Part shown: positions 1 through 9,400 of the stretch, in pieces
Layout: each line of letters starts with the position of its first letter
How positions within the stretch are numbered: the stretch's first letter is position 1
NCBI GenBank assembly: GCA_046754465.1
Contig: JBHHVU010000015.1
Span: 1 to 59,688 of the forward strand
Length of the DNA: 59,688 nucleotides
Direction of reading: 5' to 3'
Origin: Nitrospinaceae bacterium
GTDB lineage: Bacteria > Nitrospinota > Nitrospinia > Nitrospinales > VA-1
The notes under the pieces: generated by a model
Seen by the model: only the letters and a program-made list of their open reading frames with translations
The model's database searches: none
Told to the model about the DNA's origin: nothing
Made by a program: the position numbers and the translations under genes

Positions 1-54
1 CGTATGCCCGGTGGTGTGGGAGGACGGTGGGGGTAACTCCGCCTCCTACCCGAT
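1..54 (+). mobile_element. 3' end of a group II intron (domain V 3' arm and domain VI), probably class IIC; the rest lies upstream of the window
   Basis: CGTATGCCCGGTGGTGT followed by GGGAGGACGGTGGGG-GTAA-CTCCGCCTCCT-A-CCC-GAT. Domain VI pairs 18-32 with 37-51, has a GNRA loop (GTAA) and a bulged A48 seven nt from the terminal AT. This matches the remembered IIC end pattern (CGGTGGTGT GRGAGG ... CTCCTACYCGAT). Confidence 0.85.
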
Positions 55-64
55 TTGGTGGGTG

Positions 65-93
65 TTGACAAGACCTGACAATTGTCGGATATT
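65..93 (+). promoter_or_regulatory. candidate sigma70 promoter with an overlapping palindrome/direct-repeat operator
   Basis: TTGACA at 65-70; weak -10 (GATATT) at 17-nt spacing; perfect palindrome GACAATTGTC at 77-86; TGACAA repeated at 66 and 76. Confidence 0.35.
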
Positions 94-187
94 GAGTGTA
101 CTTGGTTCAAGCAGGGGAAGCCGTTTGGACCCTAATTATGGACTCTTGGAGGGGGTCGCCGTTCACTTTGGCGAGCAGGGAGGAAAT

Positions 188-607
188 ATGAATCGTTTTA
201 TCTATGGCGGGTGGATTTTGGTTTGTGGGATTTTCCTTTTGGCGGTTTCATCGATTCCCGCGTGGGCTCAGGCGCAGGGTCACGCTAGTGTGGGGTTGGG
301 CCATGGTGAGGAGGGATATCTTCATCTCGAGGAAATGATCAAACATTTGGAATACAGTTTGGGGATGCCGGATGCCAGCCCGGATCTAAAAAAGCACGGA
401 GCAGTCGCCCTGCAACATGCCCGGGAGGCCCTGAAACATTACAACGAGGCGATTCAGCACGCCTCGGAGGCTTTGGGTAGGCGCGCCGGGGGCCGCATGA
501 TGGAAGGATCCGGGGAAGGGTCCGGAGAGGGTTCCATGGAAGGGTCTGGAGAGGGATCGCGTCAAGAGCGTGGCCCAGGTCCCATGGGCGAGGGTTCCGG
601 TTATTAA
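188..607 (+). CDS. secreted His-rich small metal-binding protein (SmbP-like) with a C-terminal EGS repeat tail
   Basis: GGAGGA RBS before ATG188; signal peptide ending AWA; His at about heptad spacing (HLEEMIKH, HGAVALQHAREALKHYNEAIQH); tail of EGSG/EGSM repeats. Confidence 0.65.
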   Translation: MNRFIYGGWILVCGIFLLAVSSIPAWAQAQGHASVGLGHGEEGYLHLEEMIKHLEYSLGMPDASPDLKKHGAVALQHAREALKHYNEAIQHASEALGRRAGGRMMEGSGEGSGEGSMEGSGEGSRQERGPGPMGEGSGY

Positions 608-657
608 CCGGATCCCGTTTGGACATTAATTTTTGAGCCTCCACGTGAGAGGTCCGC

Positions 658-978
658 TTATTTCAAGCGAATAAATATATCATCCCCCACCACCTTCACC
701 GGGAAGACCCGGGTTTTCAGGTTGGGATCCACATTGCAATCCCCGGTTTTCAGGTCGAATCGATACCCATGGTTGGGACATTTGATTCCCAGCCCATCCA
801 GGGTGCCGCGGATGAGCGGGGCTGTTTTTTTATGCGGACAGGTATCGAGGATGGCGTAGTATTGGTGGGCGATATTGAAAATGCTGATACGCTGCCCTTC
901 TATCTCCACCCGTTTTCGGCTATCCCGTGGAATATCGCCCGTCTTAGCGGCCGGGACGTATAGGTCCTCCTTCTTCAT
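658..978 (-). CDS. Rieske [2Fe-2S] ferredoxin (NirD-like small Rieske)
   Basis: CPH...CPNHG motifs, FDLKTG; ATG overlaps the upstream stop (ATGA). Confidence 0.9.
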   Translation of the reverse strand: MKKEDLYVPAAKTGDIPRDSRKRVEIEGQRISIFNIAHQYYAILDTCPHKKTAPLIRGTLDGLGIKCPNHGYRFDLKTGDCNVDPNLKTRVFPVKVVGDDIFIRLK

Positions 979-1919
979 AATTCCACTGGCAGGCCGGGGT
1001 TTTGGCTCCAATCCCACCAGGACCCGTCATAATTTCTAACTGCGTAACCCAGGCTTCTGAAGGCAAAATAGGCCATTCCCGATCGCACCCCCCCCGTGCA
1101 ATAAACCACGATTTCCTGGTCCGGGCGGATGCCTTTACCTTCCAGGAGCCGCGTTAATACTTTCCTGGGTTTGAGCTTTCCCTCGTCGGTAAATAATTGC
1201 TCCCATGGCAAATGAATGGCATTGGGGATATGCCCGCCACGCGGCGATCCATAGGGCGTCGCGCCCTCGAATTCTTTTTGGGTCCGGTTGTCGATGATCG
1301 CGACGCCGCCCGATTGCAGCCGTTTCAGAATCCAGTTTTTGTCCGCCAAAACGCCCGGATTCAGCCGAGTGTCTTCCGGGGTGATAGTGGAAGGCGGGGG
1401 CGGGTCTCCCCGGCCTCGTTCTATGGATCCCCCCGAATCGATCCAGGAATCCAGGCCGCCGCTTAAAAGGGTGACCCTGGGAAACCCGTAACGTTCGAAC
1501 ATCCAGAAGAACCGTCCATCGGTCCGCCAAGGATCCTGCGGGTTGCCGTAGAGGACGAGGGTTTTATGGGTGTCGATTCCCAGCGGGCGAAGTTTTCTGG
1601 CGACCCAGGCCGAATCCTCGATGAGCATGCCCGGCACCCGATTCACCTTTCGGGTGAAAGTCCTCCAATCGGACAAATTGATGGCTCCCGGAATATGACC
1701 GAAAATATATTTCCAGGAAGAGCGGGTATCGATGATGACCGTGGCCTTCGGGGGGAGGGAACGTAACTGATCGACGGTAATGGAAACGGAGGAATTTCCG
1801 GTTTCCGGCAAGGCCCCGAGAGGGGAAACCCCAAGCAAAAAAAAGAAAAAAACCAACGGGAGGCAGTGAGCAATTTTCCTTGACAAAATACCGTGAACGT
1901 TAGTAATATCAATCTTCAT
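975..1919 (-). CDS. two-domain sulfurtransferase (rhodanese/SseA family), probably exported; start uncertain
   Basis: GHIPGA, LSGGLDSW, GGHIPNA, active-site YCTGGVRS, YDGSWWDW; hydrophobic N-terminal segment. Confidence 0.9.
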   Translation of the reverse strand: MKIDITNVHGILSRKIAHCLPLVFFFFLLGVSPLGALPETGNSSVSITVDQLRSLPPKATVIIDTRSSWKYIFGHIPGAINLSDWRTFTRKVNRVPGMLIEDSAWVARKLRPLGIDTHKTLVLYGNPQDPWRTDGRFFWMFERYGFPRVTLLSGGLDSWIDSGGSIERGRGDPPPPSTITPEDTRLNPGVLADKNWILKRLQSGGVAIIDNRTQKEFEGATPYGSPRGGHIPNAIHLPWEQLFTDEGKLKPRKVLTRLLEGKGIRPDQEIVVYCTGGVRSGMAYFAFRSLGYAVRNYDGSWWDWSQNPGLPVEL

Positions 1920-2329
1920 TTTTCACGTCACCGCCTTTTTGAAGAGAATAAAGTTAATAAAATCCGCAAGTTAATGCGGACCGAATTTTCCAACCCGGAA
2001 CATTTGGAAACTTTGGCGATCCGCGGTTCGATTTTGGCTGTTTTCCTTTGCAAATCATTTTATACTTTCACGGGCGAAGAATTGGGGAAAGTGCAGAGGT
2101 TCATGAAAAGGGTGATCCCTCGTCATCCAGGTTGAATCCCTCGTATATAATTATATATTAAAAATGGGGCCGCGTGAAAATTTGCCCCATTCTCTACGGC
2201 AAGGATAAAACGAGATCGCACTTGTCGGGGGGATTCCGCCATCGGTTACCCAGGGGGTTGCTGGGAATCGCCTGATAAAGTTGATAATAAGTCAAAACAG
2301 GAAATAGTTCAGGGTTATTTGGAGGAGCC

Positions 2330-3331
2330 ATGACGACGAGCGATAAAGAAAATGAAAATGAATCCACCGGTTCTTCGGAGGATCGGCTCGAGGAAATAAA
2401 AAAAGAGGAGCAAGAGGATGCCAGCGCTTATTATGCGCAAGGCCATGAGGAGTCCACTAAGAGCGAGGAAGAATTCAACAAGACGGCGCCTGAGGTGGAT
2501 AAGGATAAAGAGGAGATGAGTCTATTAAAAGCGGTGGCTTTTTTGGGATTCGGGTTGGCGGCTCTGGCCATCATTTTTATCCTGTTTTTTATTCGCGATC
2601 TCGATCACCGGGTCGGCGGGGTCGATTCGGCGGTCAACAAGCTCCAGGAGACCATACCTCCGCTAAAAACCGAATTTGAAGAGAACCTCAAGAAGGTCAA
2701 TGAAGACCTCGCCAAAATGAATGAGACCGTCTCCGGGTTGCAGGGCAAAATGGGGGATTACGAGCGGATGATGGCCGTGATGGAGTTGAAACGGGCGCTC
2801 GTGACCGTCCAGGAGATGTCCATGGGCAGCACGGCCGGGGTCAAGTCCAAATCCGATCAAGTGGTTGCCAGCATCCAATCGTTATTGTCGTCGCTGAGTT
2901 CCGGGAAAACAGGTTCGGGTCTGCCCGCCGGCATTGTGAAAGTCGAGGAAGCTCCGCAGGCGGCCGAGCCCGCTCAAACTTCCGAACAACAACCCGCCGC
3001 GGAGGAGGCCCCACCCACCGCTGAACCCGCTGAACCCGCCGAAACCACCGGGGCTGCTGAAGAAGCGCCCGCCTCCGAAGAGGAATCCGTAAGCGGGGAA
3101 CAGGCCGGAGAAAGCGGCGGCCAGGAGGCGGTTGACGAAGCAGCGGATGAAAGTGAAGAGCAGGAAGCCGTGAGTGAAGAATCCGCCGAGGAATCGGAAG
3201 GGGATTCGGAAGCTACTGAAGAAGCCGTGGAAAAAGATGACGGAACAACCGGCGGTGAGGATCAGTCCCAGGCTGAATTGGAAGAGCTTCCCACCGTTGA
3301 AGAAATGCTCGAAGAAGGGCAGGAAAAATAA
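2330..3331 (+). CDS. hypothetical single-pass membrane protein with coiled coil and very acidic C-terminal tail
   Basis: GGAGGAG RBS; one hydrophobic segment (AVAFLGFGLAALAIIFILFFI); heptad-like region; E/A/P-rich tail. Confidence 0.75.
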   Translation: MTTSDKENENESTGSSEDRLEEIKKEEQEDASAYYAQGHEESTKSEEEFNKTAPEVDKDKEEMSLLKAVAFLGFGLAALAIIFILFFIRDLDHRVGGVDSAVNKLQETIPPLKTEFEENLKKVNEDLAKMNETVSGLQGKMGDYERMMAVMELKRALVTVQEMSMGSTAGVKSKSDQVVASIQSLLSSLSSGKTGSGLPAGIVKVEEAPQAAEPAQTSEQQPAAEEAPPTAEPAEPAETTGAAEEAPASEEESVSGEQAGESGGQEAVDEAADESEEQEAVSEESAEESEGDSEATEEAVEKDDGTTGGEDQSQAELEELPTVEEMLEEGQEK

Positions 3332-3376
3332 ATCTTTTCAAGCCGCGCCTTTTTGCTACACCGGCCCTGTCGAGGC

Positions 3377-3703
3377 ATGCCTACCTTTAAATTCATAATT
3401 TCCATTCTTTTCCTCATTTTGGTCGCGTCCTTTGCGGTCAACAACATGAATTCGGTTCCCGTGGTCTACTACGACTACAAACTGGAGACCCATACCCTTC
3501 AACTGCCGCTCATGGTGGTGATCATCATCCCATTTATCCTGGGGTTTATTCTCGCCTGGATCATGGGAATTTTCAGCAAGCTGAAATTAAAATCCTCCGT
3601 CATGAAAAAAAACCGGGCCCTGGAATCCATGCAGGAAGAAATGGACCGTGTGATGCCTCATTCCTCGGATGCGGATTCCCCACCCGTCGTCAAGGGACGT
3701 TAA
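3377..3703 (+). CDS. LapA/DUF1049 family membrane protein
   Basis: two TM segments, FAVNN...V...Y motif, LPLMVVIIIPFILGFIL, C-terminal coil; GAGG RBS. Confidence 0.75.
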   Translation: MPTFKFIISILFLILVASFAVNNMNSVPVVYYDYKLETHTLQLPLMVVIIIPFILGFILAWIMGIFSKLKLKSSVMKKNRALESMQEEMDRVMPHSSDADSPPVVKGR

Positions 3704-3742
3704 ATTACTGGCTCCATTTCCTGGATTTTCTCATTGGTCCGG

Positions 3743-4813
3743 TCACCCGTGTTCCCGGGCGGGGGCAAGAGGTTGTTGCTGGGTCACGCAATGGATTCCT
3801 CCCAATCCGATGAGGAGCTTTCGGCAGGGCAAGACGGCGACATCCCGTTCAGGGAAAGATTCCTGGAGCAGGGCCAGGGCCCGTTGGTCGTTGGCGTGTC
3901 CAAAAACGGGAAGAAGAACGGTCCGGTTCCCTATATAAAAGTTGGCGTAACTGGCGGGAAGTCGCCCCGAATGACCTTGAACCTTTCCCGGCATGGGAAG
4001 CCGGATCACCTCGAAACGATTCCCGTGGGGATCGGTTGCGTTGCAAAGGGCCTGATAATTTTTTTTCAGAATTTCATGATTTTTGTCCGCCGGGTCTTCC
4101 TCATACGCGCAGAGAATGGTATTGGGAGCGATAAACCGGGCCAGGTTGTCAATGTGTCCATCGGTATCGTCACCCTCGATTCCACCGTTTAACCAAATGA
4201 TTTTTTGCACTCCCAGATAATCCTTCAAATAGTCCTCCATGATTTCCCGGGTCAATCCCCCATTGCGGTTGGGATTCAGAAGGCAGGAGGCGGTGGTGAG
4301 GCAGGTTCCCCGGCCATTGACCTCGATCGCCCCGCCTTCCAGAACGATGCCGGGTTGGAAGCGTTGAAACTCCAGCCGGAGGGCGATTTCGGTTCCGGCG
4401 TTGGCGTCCAATTCCCATTCGTATTTCTTGCCCCAGGAATCAAACCCCCACTGATTGATGGCGATGGGATTTTCCCGCACCCCGCTCCGGATAATAAAAT
4501 TTGGGCCATAGTCGCGGATCCAGGCATCGTTGGTGGGAATAAGGTGGAGCTGGACCCGGTCGGCCGGTATTTTTTCATTTTTAAATTTTTGGAGGACCCT
4601 CTCCCGGCTGGCGTCATCGTTGACCAGCAGGTGGACCCATTCCCCCTCGGCCAGAATCCGGATCATATCCAGGAACAGATTTTCAACCTCGCCCAAATCT
4701 GGAGGCGCCCAGGTTTCCCGGTTATGGGGCCATGTGAGCCAGGTCCCCGAGTGCGGTTCCCATTCCGCGGGCATGCGGTATCCAAGGGAAGCGGGATGGT
4801 GGGGTTCAGTCAT
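3743..4813 (-). CDS. aguA: agmatine deiminase
   Basis: RMPAEWEPH, DAWIRDYGP, LEGGAIEVNG, DTDGHID, ASYANFY, catalytic GGIHCVTQQ. Confidence 0.95.
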   Translation of the reverse strand: MTEPHHPASLGYRMPAEWEPHSGTWLTWPHNRETWAPPDLGEVENLFLDMIRILAEGEWVHLLVNDDASRERVLQKFKNEKIPADRVQLHLIPTNDAWIRDYGPNFIIRSGVRENPIAINQWGFDSWGKKYEWELDANAGTEIALRLEFQRFQPGIVLEGGAIEVNGRGTCLTTASCLLNPNRNGGLTREIMEDYLKDYLGVQKIIWLNGGIEGDDTDGHIDNLARFIAPNTILCAYEEDPADKNHEILKKNYQALCNATDPHGNRFEVIRLPMPGKVQGHSGRLPASYANFYIGNRTVLLPVFGHANDQRALALLQESFPERDVAVLPCRKLLIGLGGIHCVTQQQPLAPAREHG

Positions 4814-5690
4814 CCGGACCGTTAAATATGCGGGAAATTCCCTGGTAGGCGTCCACCCTGCGGTCGCGGAGAAACGGCCAGTTCCTGCGCGTGATCTCGA
4901 TTTGGTTCAGGTTGCAGGAAGCAACGATAACTTCCGGCCGATCCCCGCCCGCCTGGGCCAAAATGCGGCCGAAAGGATCGCAGATGAATGACCGTCCCCA
5001 GAACTGGAGAGCGTCTTCCTGTCCCACGCGGTTGGCCGAAGCCAGGAATACCCCATTGGCGATGGCGTGGCCTTTTTGTATTGTCTCCCAGGCGGAAATC
5101 TGATTTTTGGATTCGGAGGCGTCGAAATCCTGAAAACCGATGGCGGTGGGATAAAACAAAAATTGCGCTCCGGAAAGAACCGCGAGACGGGCCGCCTCCG
5201 GAAACCACTGGTCCCAGCAGATGAGAACGCCCACACGGCCGAAACGGGTGGTGAAGGACCTGAACCCGGTATCTCCGGGGGTGAAATAAAATTTTTCATA
5301 AAACCCCGGATCGTCGGGAATGTGCATCTTGCGGTATTTCCCGGCCAGGGTTCCATCCGCATCGATAACCACTGCCGTGTTATGATAAATTCCCTCTGTC
5401 CGTTTTTCAAACAAGGGGGCGATGATCACGATTTCCAACTCCTTCGCCAACCCGGAAAGCAAATCCGTGCTGGGGCCGGGAATGGATTCCGCCAACGAAA
5501 ATTTCCCGGAGTCTTCCTCCTGACAAAAATACCGGGAACGGAAAAGCTCCTGCAGACAGACGATTCGGGCTCCTTTGCCGGCGGCTTCGCGGATTCCGGA
5601 AAGCGCCCGGTCCATGTTCCGGGAAGGTTCGGCCGAACTGGCGGCCTGAACTACACCGATAACAACTGTCGGCTGATCGTGAGTAGGCAT
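4806..5690 (-). CDS. aguB: carbon-nitrogen hydrolase (N-carbamoylputrescine amidase)
   Basis: CLQELF, YRKMHIPDDPGFYEKFYF, ICWDQWFPE (E-K-C triad); overlaps aguA. Confidence 0.9.
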   Translation of the reverse strand: MPTHDQPTVVIGVVQAASSAEPSRNMDRALSGIREAAGKGARIVCLQELFRSRYFCQEEDSGKFSLAESIPGPSTDLLSGLAKELEIVIIAPLFEKRTEGIYHNTAVVIDADGTLAGKYRKMHIPDDPGFYEKFYFTPGDTGFRSFTTRFGRVGVLICWDQWFPEAARLAVLSGAQFLFYPTAIGFQDFDASESKNQISAWETIQKGHAIANGVFLASANRVGQEDALQFWGRSFICDPFGRILAQAGGDRPEVIVASCNLNQIEITRRNWPFLRDRRVDAYQGISRIFNGPDD

Positions 5691-5877
5691 TTTCAACAAA
5701 ATATCGCTAGAATAAATATTCCCGGACTGGAGTTCCGTCAGAATGAATGGACAACGGTTTTCCCAGCGGGCGGGAAACACCGGGACATTTCAAAGGCGTT
5801 GTTTCCATTCGCCATTTATGCTAAAAATTATAAAAAGAACCGATTTCAGGCGGCCTGACCCTTTGAATTAAAAGTAA

Positions 5878-6321
5878 TTGCAAGGGGTTCCGCCAGTTAA
5901 TGGGTATAATTTCCATCCTCTATCGGCAAAATCATCCGTGTGGGTTAAAGACGCTTTCCGAGATTATTATAAACCGAAACTGCGCCGGGAATTGAAACGG
6001 GAACCGACCCAGGAAGAAATGGACCAGCGGTTCGAGGATATCTACAGCCGGATCAATTGTACACTGCTTGCCGGTGTGAAGGAAGGCGTCGGAATCTATT
6101 TTCATGAAATCGCCAAATTCACCCGGGAGGAATTCAACCGGTTCCGTCACCGTCCTCAGGAATATCTTTTCGAACGTTTTGGCGGGGGGAATTTTAAATT
6201 GAACTTTTATGAAGGTCCCTCCTTTATCGTTTGCGTGAATTTCAAACCAGAGGGAGAACCCAAGTGGAAACACCTGATCCCCAAAAAAACGGTCGCTGAA
6301 CCCGGACAAACAATCGAATGA
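5878..6321 (+). CDS. hypothetical protein (start uncertain)
   Basis: ORF fills the aguB-mfd gap; globular-looking composition. Confidence 0.65.
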   Translation: MQGVPPVNGYNFHPLSAKSSVWVKDAFRDYYKPKLRRELKREPTQEEMDQRFEDIYSRINCTLLAGVKEGVGIYFHEIAKFTREEFNRFRHRPQEYLFERFGGGNFKLNFYEGPSFIVCVNFKPEGEPKWKHLIPKKTVAEPGQTIE

Positions 6322-6432
6322 TCCCTTGATTTTCTAATCCTTCATCAGGATTAAATTCTCCCGATTTCTTTTTATGAGCAAGACGCCCAATCCTGGAAGG
6401 TTGGGGATAGGCGCGGATCCTTATTTTCATAC

Positions 6433-9400
6433 ATGAATCAAACTTTGCATTTGGCCCATACCGATACGGTGTCCTTTACCGGCAAACTGGACGAGGTGGC
6501 CGCGTATCTGAAAACCCCGGGCGGGTCTCTGACAGTAGAAGGGCTTTCCGGCGCCGCCCGGGCCCTGTTTCTGGCCGGTCTCCGGAAAAAGCTGCGTCAG
6601 CCCATTCTGGTTTTGACTTCCGGCCAGAACATGGGGGAGACGCTTTTGGGGGATTTAAAGTATTTTTTCCGGTACCAGAAACTTCGTGAGTCTCCACAGT
6701 TTTTCCCTACCTGGGAGATTTTACCCTACGAAAATCTTTCCCCGCTCAGCGAGGTCTCCGGCGAGCGGTTGTCCATTCTCCATCAGCTCCTGGAAAAGAA
6801 AAACCTGTTTCTAGTGGTCCCCGCTGAGGCCGCCATGCAATTCGTGTTGCCCCGGTCCGTTCTCCAAAGACAAGTGTTTCCGGTGAGGAAAGGCGATTTC
6901 CTGGACCGGGAGCTGTTGGTCACCTGCCTCCTCGATAACGGATATAACCGTGCCGGGCTGGTGGGGGAACGCGGGGATTTCAGTGTGCGGGGAGATATCG
7001 TGGATTTTTTCCAGCCCGGTTACTCCCATCCGGTGCGTGTTGAATTTTTCGGCGACCAGGTGGAATCCTTGCGTATTTTCGATATCGGTTCCCAGGTTTC
7101 CATGGAGGAAAAACCGGAGATCAACATTTTGCCCGTACGGGAGATTTGCCTGACCCCGGATGAGATGGATCGCGGCTTGCGGAAAATCCTGGACCGGGGA
7201 AGGGAAGAGGGGATCGAACCGTCGAAACTCAGGGAACTGACGGAGAGGATTCGCCACTTGCACAGCTTTTCCGGAGTGGAGTCCCTGGCTTCCCTGTTTT
7301 ACCCACAACATGAAAGCCTGTTCGATTACCTGCCCGAGGACACCCTGGTGGTTGTGGATGAAGAGGACCTGGTGTTATCCAAATGCGATCAGTACGGGGA
7401 ACTCATCCAATCCGAATTTGAAAACGCCCAGGAACGCGGCGAACTGGTTCCTTACCCCAACGAATTCTATCTCGGACCGGAGGAAATCCGGGAGCGGTTA
7501 TCTCAAAGGGGAAGCCTGAATCTAAATACCTTGAAGGTGTCCGACGGCAAATCCTCCGGGGTGGTGCAATTTGATGTCAAACCCATTCCCCTGCTGCGCG
7601 GGAGATTCGATGACTTCGCCGAGAATGCCATGAAATGGCACGAGGAGGGACGGGAGACCGTCATTGTCGCCCCGACCAAGGGACAGGTCCGTAGGGTGCA
7701 TCAACTCCTGAATGATTACGGCCTGGAGATCGGGGTGGACCTGGGATATATCAGTTCCGGATTTCAAATTCCCGAACCGGGAAAAGTGTTCGTTGCGGAA
7801 AGTGAGATTTTCGGACGCACCCACAAACACCGTTACCGCAGAAAACCCAAGTCGCAGAGCTTTCAAAGAGGTTTCAAGGACCTGAAACCCGGCGATCACT
7901 TGGTCCATATCGAATACGGGATCGGCCGTTATATGGGGACCCGGGAGCTAAAGACGGGTGTGGGCGGGGGGGAATTCCTGGAAATCCTTTACGCGGACGA
8001 TGAAAAACTTTACATCCCGATGGAGGGATTGGGCTACGTGCAGAAATTTGTTGGGTCGGGGGAATCTCCGCCGCCGCTCAGTAAAATGGGCAGCGTCTTT
8101 TGGAAACGGCAAAAAACCAAGGCAAAGGAATCCATTCGGGAGATGGCGGAGGATCTTCTCAAATTATACGCGGCCCGTGAAATTTCTTCCGGGTACGCCT
8201 ATTCCGGAAATCCCGTCGCCATGCAGGAGTTTGCGGACTCTTTCGAGTTCGAGGAGACCGAGGACCAGTGGAAAGCCATCGAGGAAATGGACGAGGACCT
8301 GGAAAAGGACAAGCCCATGGACCGTTTGATTTGCGGGGACGTGGGCTATGGTAAAACGGAAGTGGCCATGCGGGCCGCATTCAAGGTGATCCTGGACAAA
8401 AAGCAGGTGGCGGTCCTGGTGCCCACCACGATCCTCGCCCAGCAGCATCTCAACACCTTTCGGGAACGGTTCCGCAACTATCCCGTCATGATTGAACAGG
8501 TGAGCCGGTTCCGCAGCCCGAGGGAGCAAAAACAGATCCTCGGGAAACTGGCGAGGGGAGAGATCGATATCCTCATCGGGACCCATCGGCTCCTTTCAAA
8601 GGATGTCCGCTTTGCCGAGCTGGGCTTGATTATCATCGACGAGGAACAACGGTTTGGCGTGAAACATAAGGAGAAATTGAAAAAAATTCGGGCCACGGTG
8701 GATATCCTGACGCTGACTGCCACGCCCATTCCCCGGACCCTGCATTTTTCCTTGATGGGTGTCCGTGACTTGAGCGTGATCGAGACACCGCCCAGCGACC
8801 GGCTGGAGGTAAAAACTTTTGTCCGCAAATTCGATGAAAAAATCATCCGCCAGGCCATCTTGCGCGAATTGGACCGCGGCGGACAAATCTTTTTCGTGCA
8901 CAATAAAATTCAAAGCATCCAGACCATCCGGGAAATGATTCTGGATTTGATGCCCCGGGTGCGCATTGGCATCGCCCACGGCCAGCTTCCGGAACATCAA
9001 CTGGAAGAGGTCATGAAAAAATTTATAGATCACGAAATCGATCTCCTTTTATGCACATCCATTATTGAATCGGGTCTCGATATTCCTTCCGCCAATACCA
9101 TCATCATCAACCACGCGGACGAATTTGGGCTGGCGCAGCTCTACCAGTTGCGCGGCCGGGTGGGCCGTTACAAGCACCAGGCCTATGCGTATTTGTTGAT
9201 TCCCGGGACCCGGGCCATGAACCCCGAAGCCCGCAAACGCATTTGCGCCATCGAGGAGATGAGCGAACTGGGCTCCGGATTTCAACTCGCGGCCCGGGAC
9301 ATGGAAATCCGCGGCGTTGGCAATATGCTCGGACATAAACAGTCGGGACATATTTCCGCCATCGGTTTCGATCTTTATTGCAAATTGATCGAGGAAACCG

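Noticed and set aside
11..187. N-terminal extension of ORF 11..607
   Set aside because: It runs through the intron end and promoter; the RBS and signal peptide point to ATG188.
500..560. Short tandem DNA repeats as a CRISPR or VNTR element
   Set aside because: They are degenerate 12-nt coding repeats (EGSG) with no spacer structure; no CRISPR array was seen anywhere in the window.
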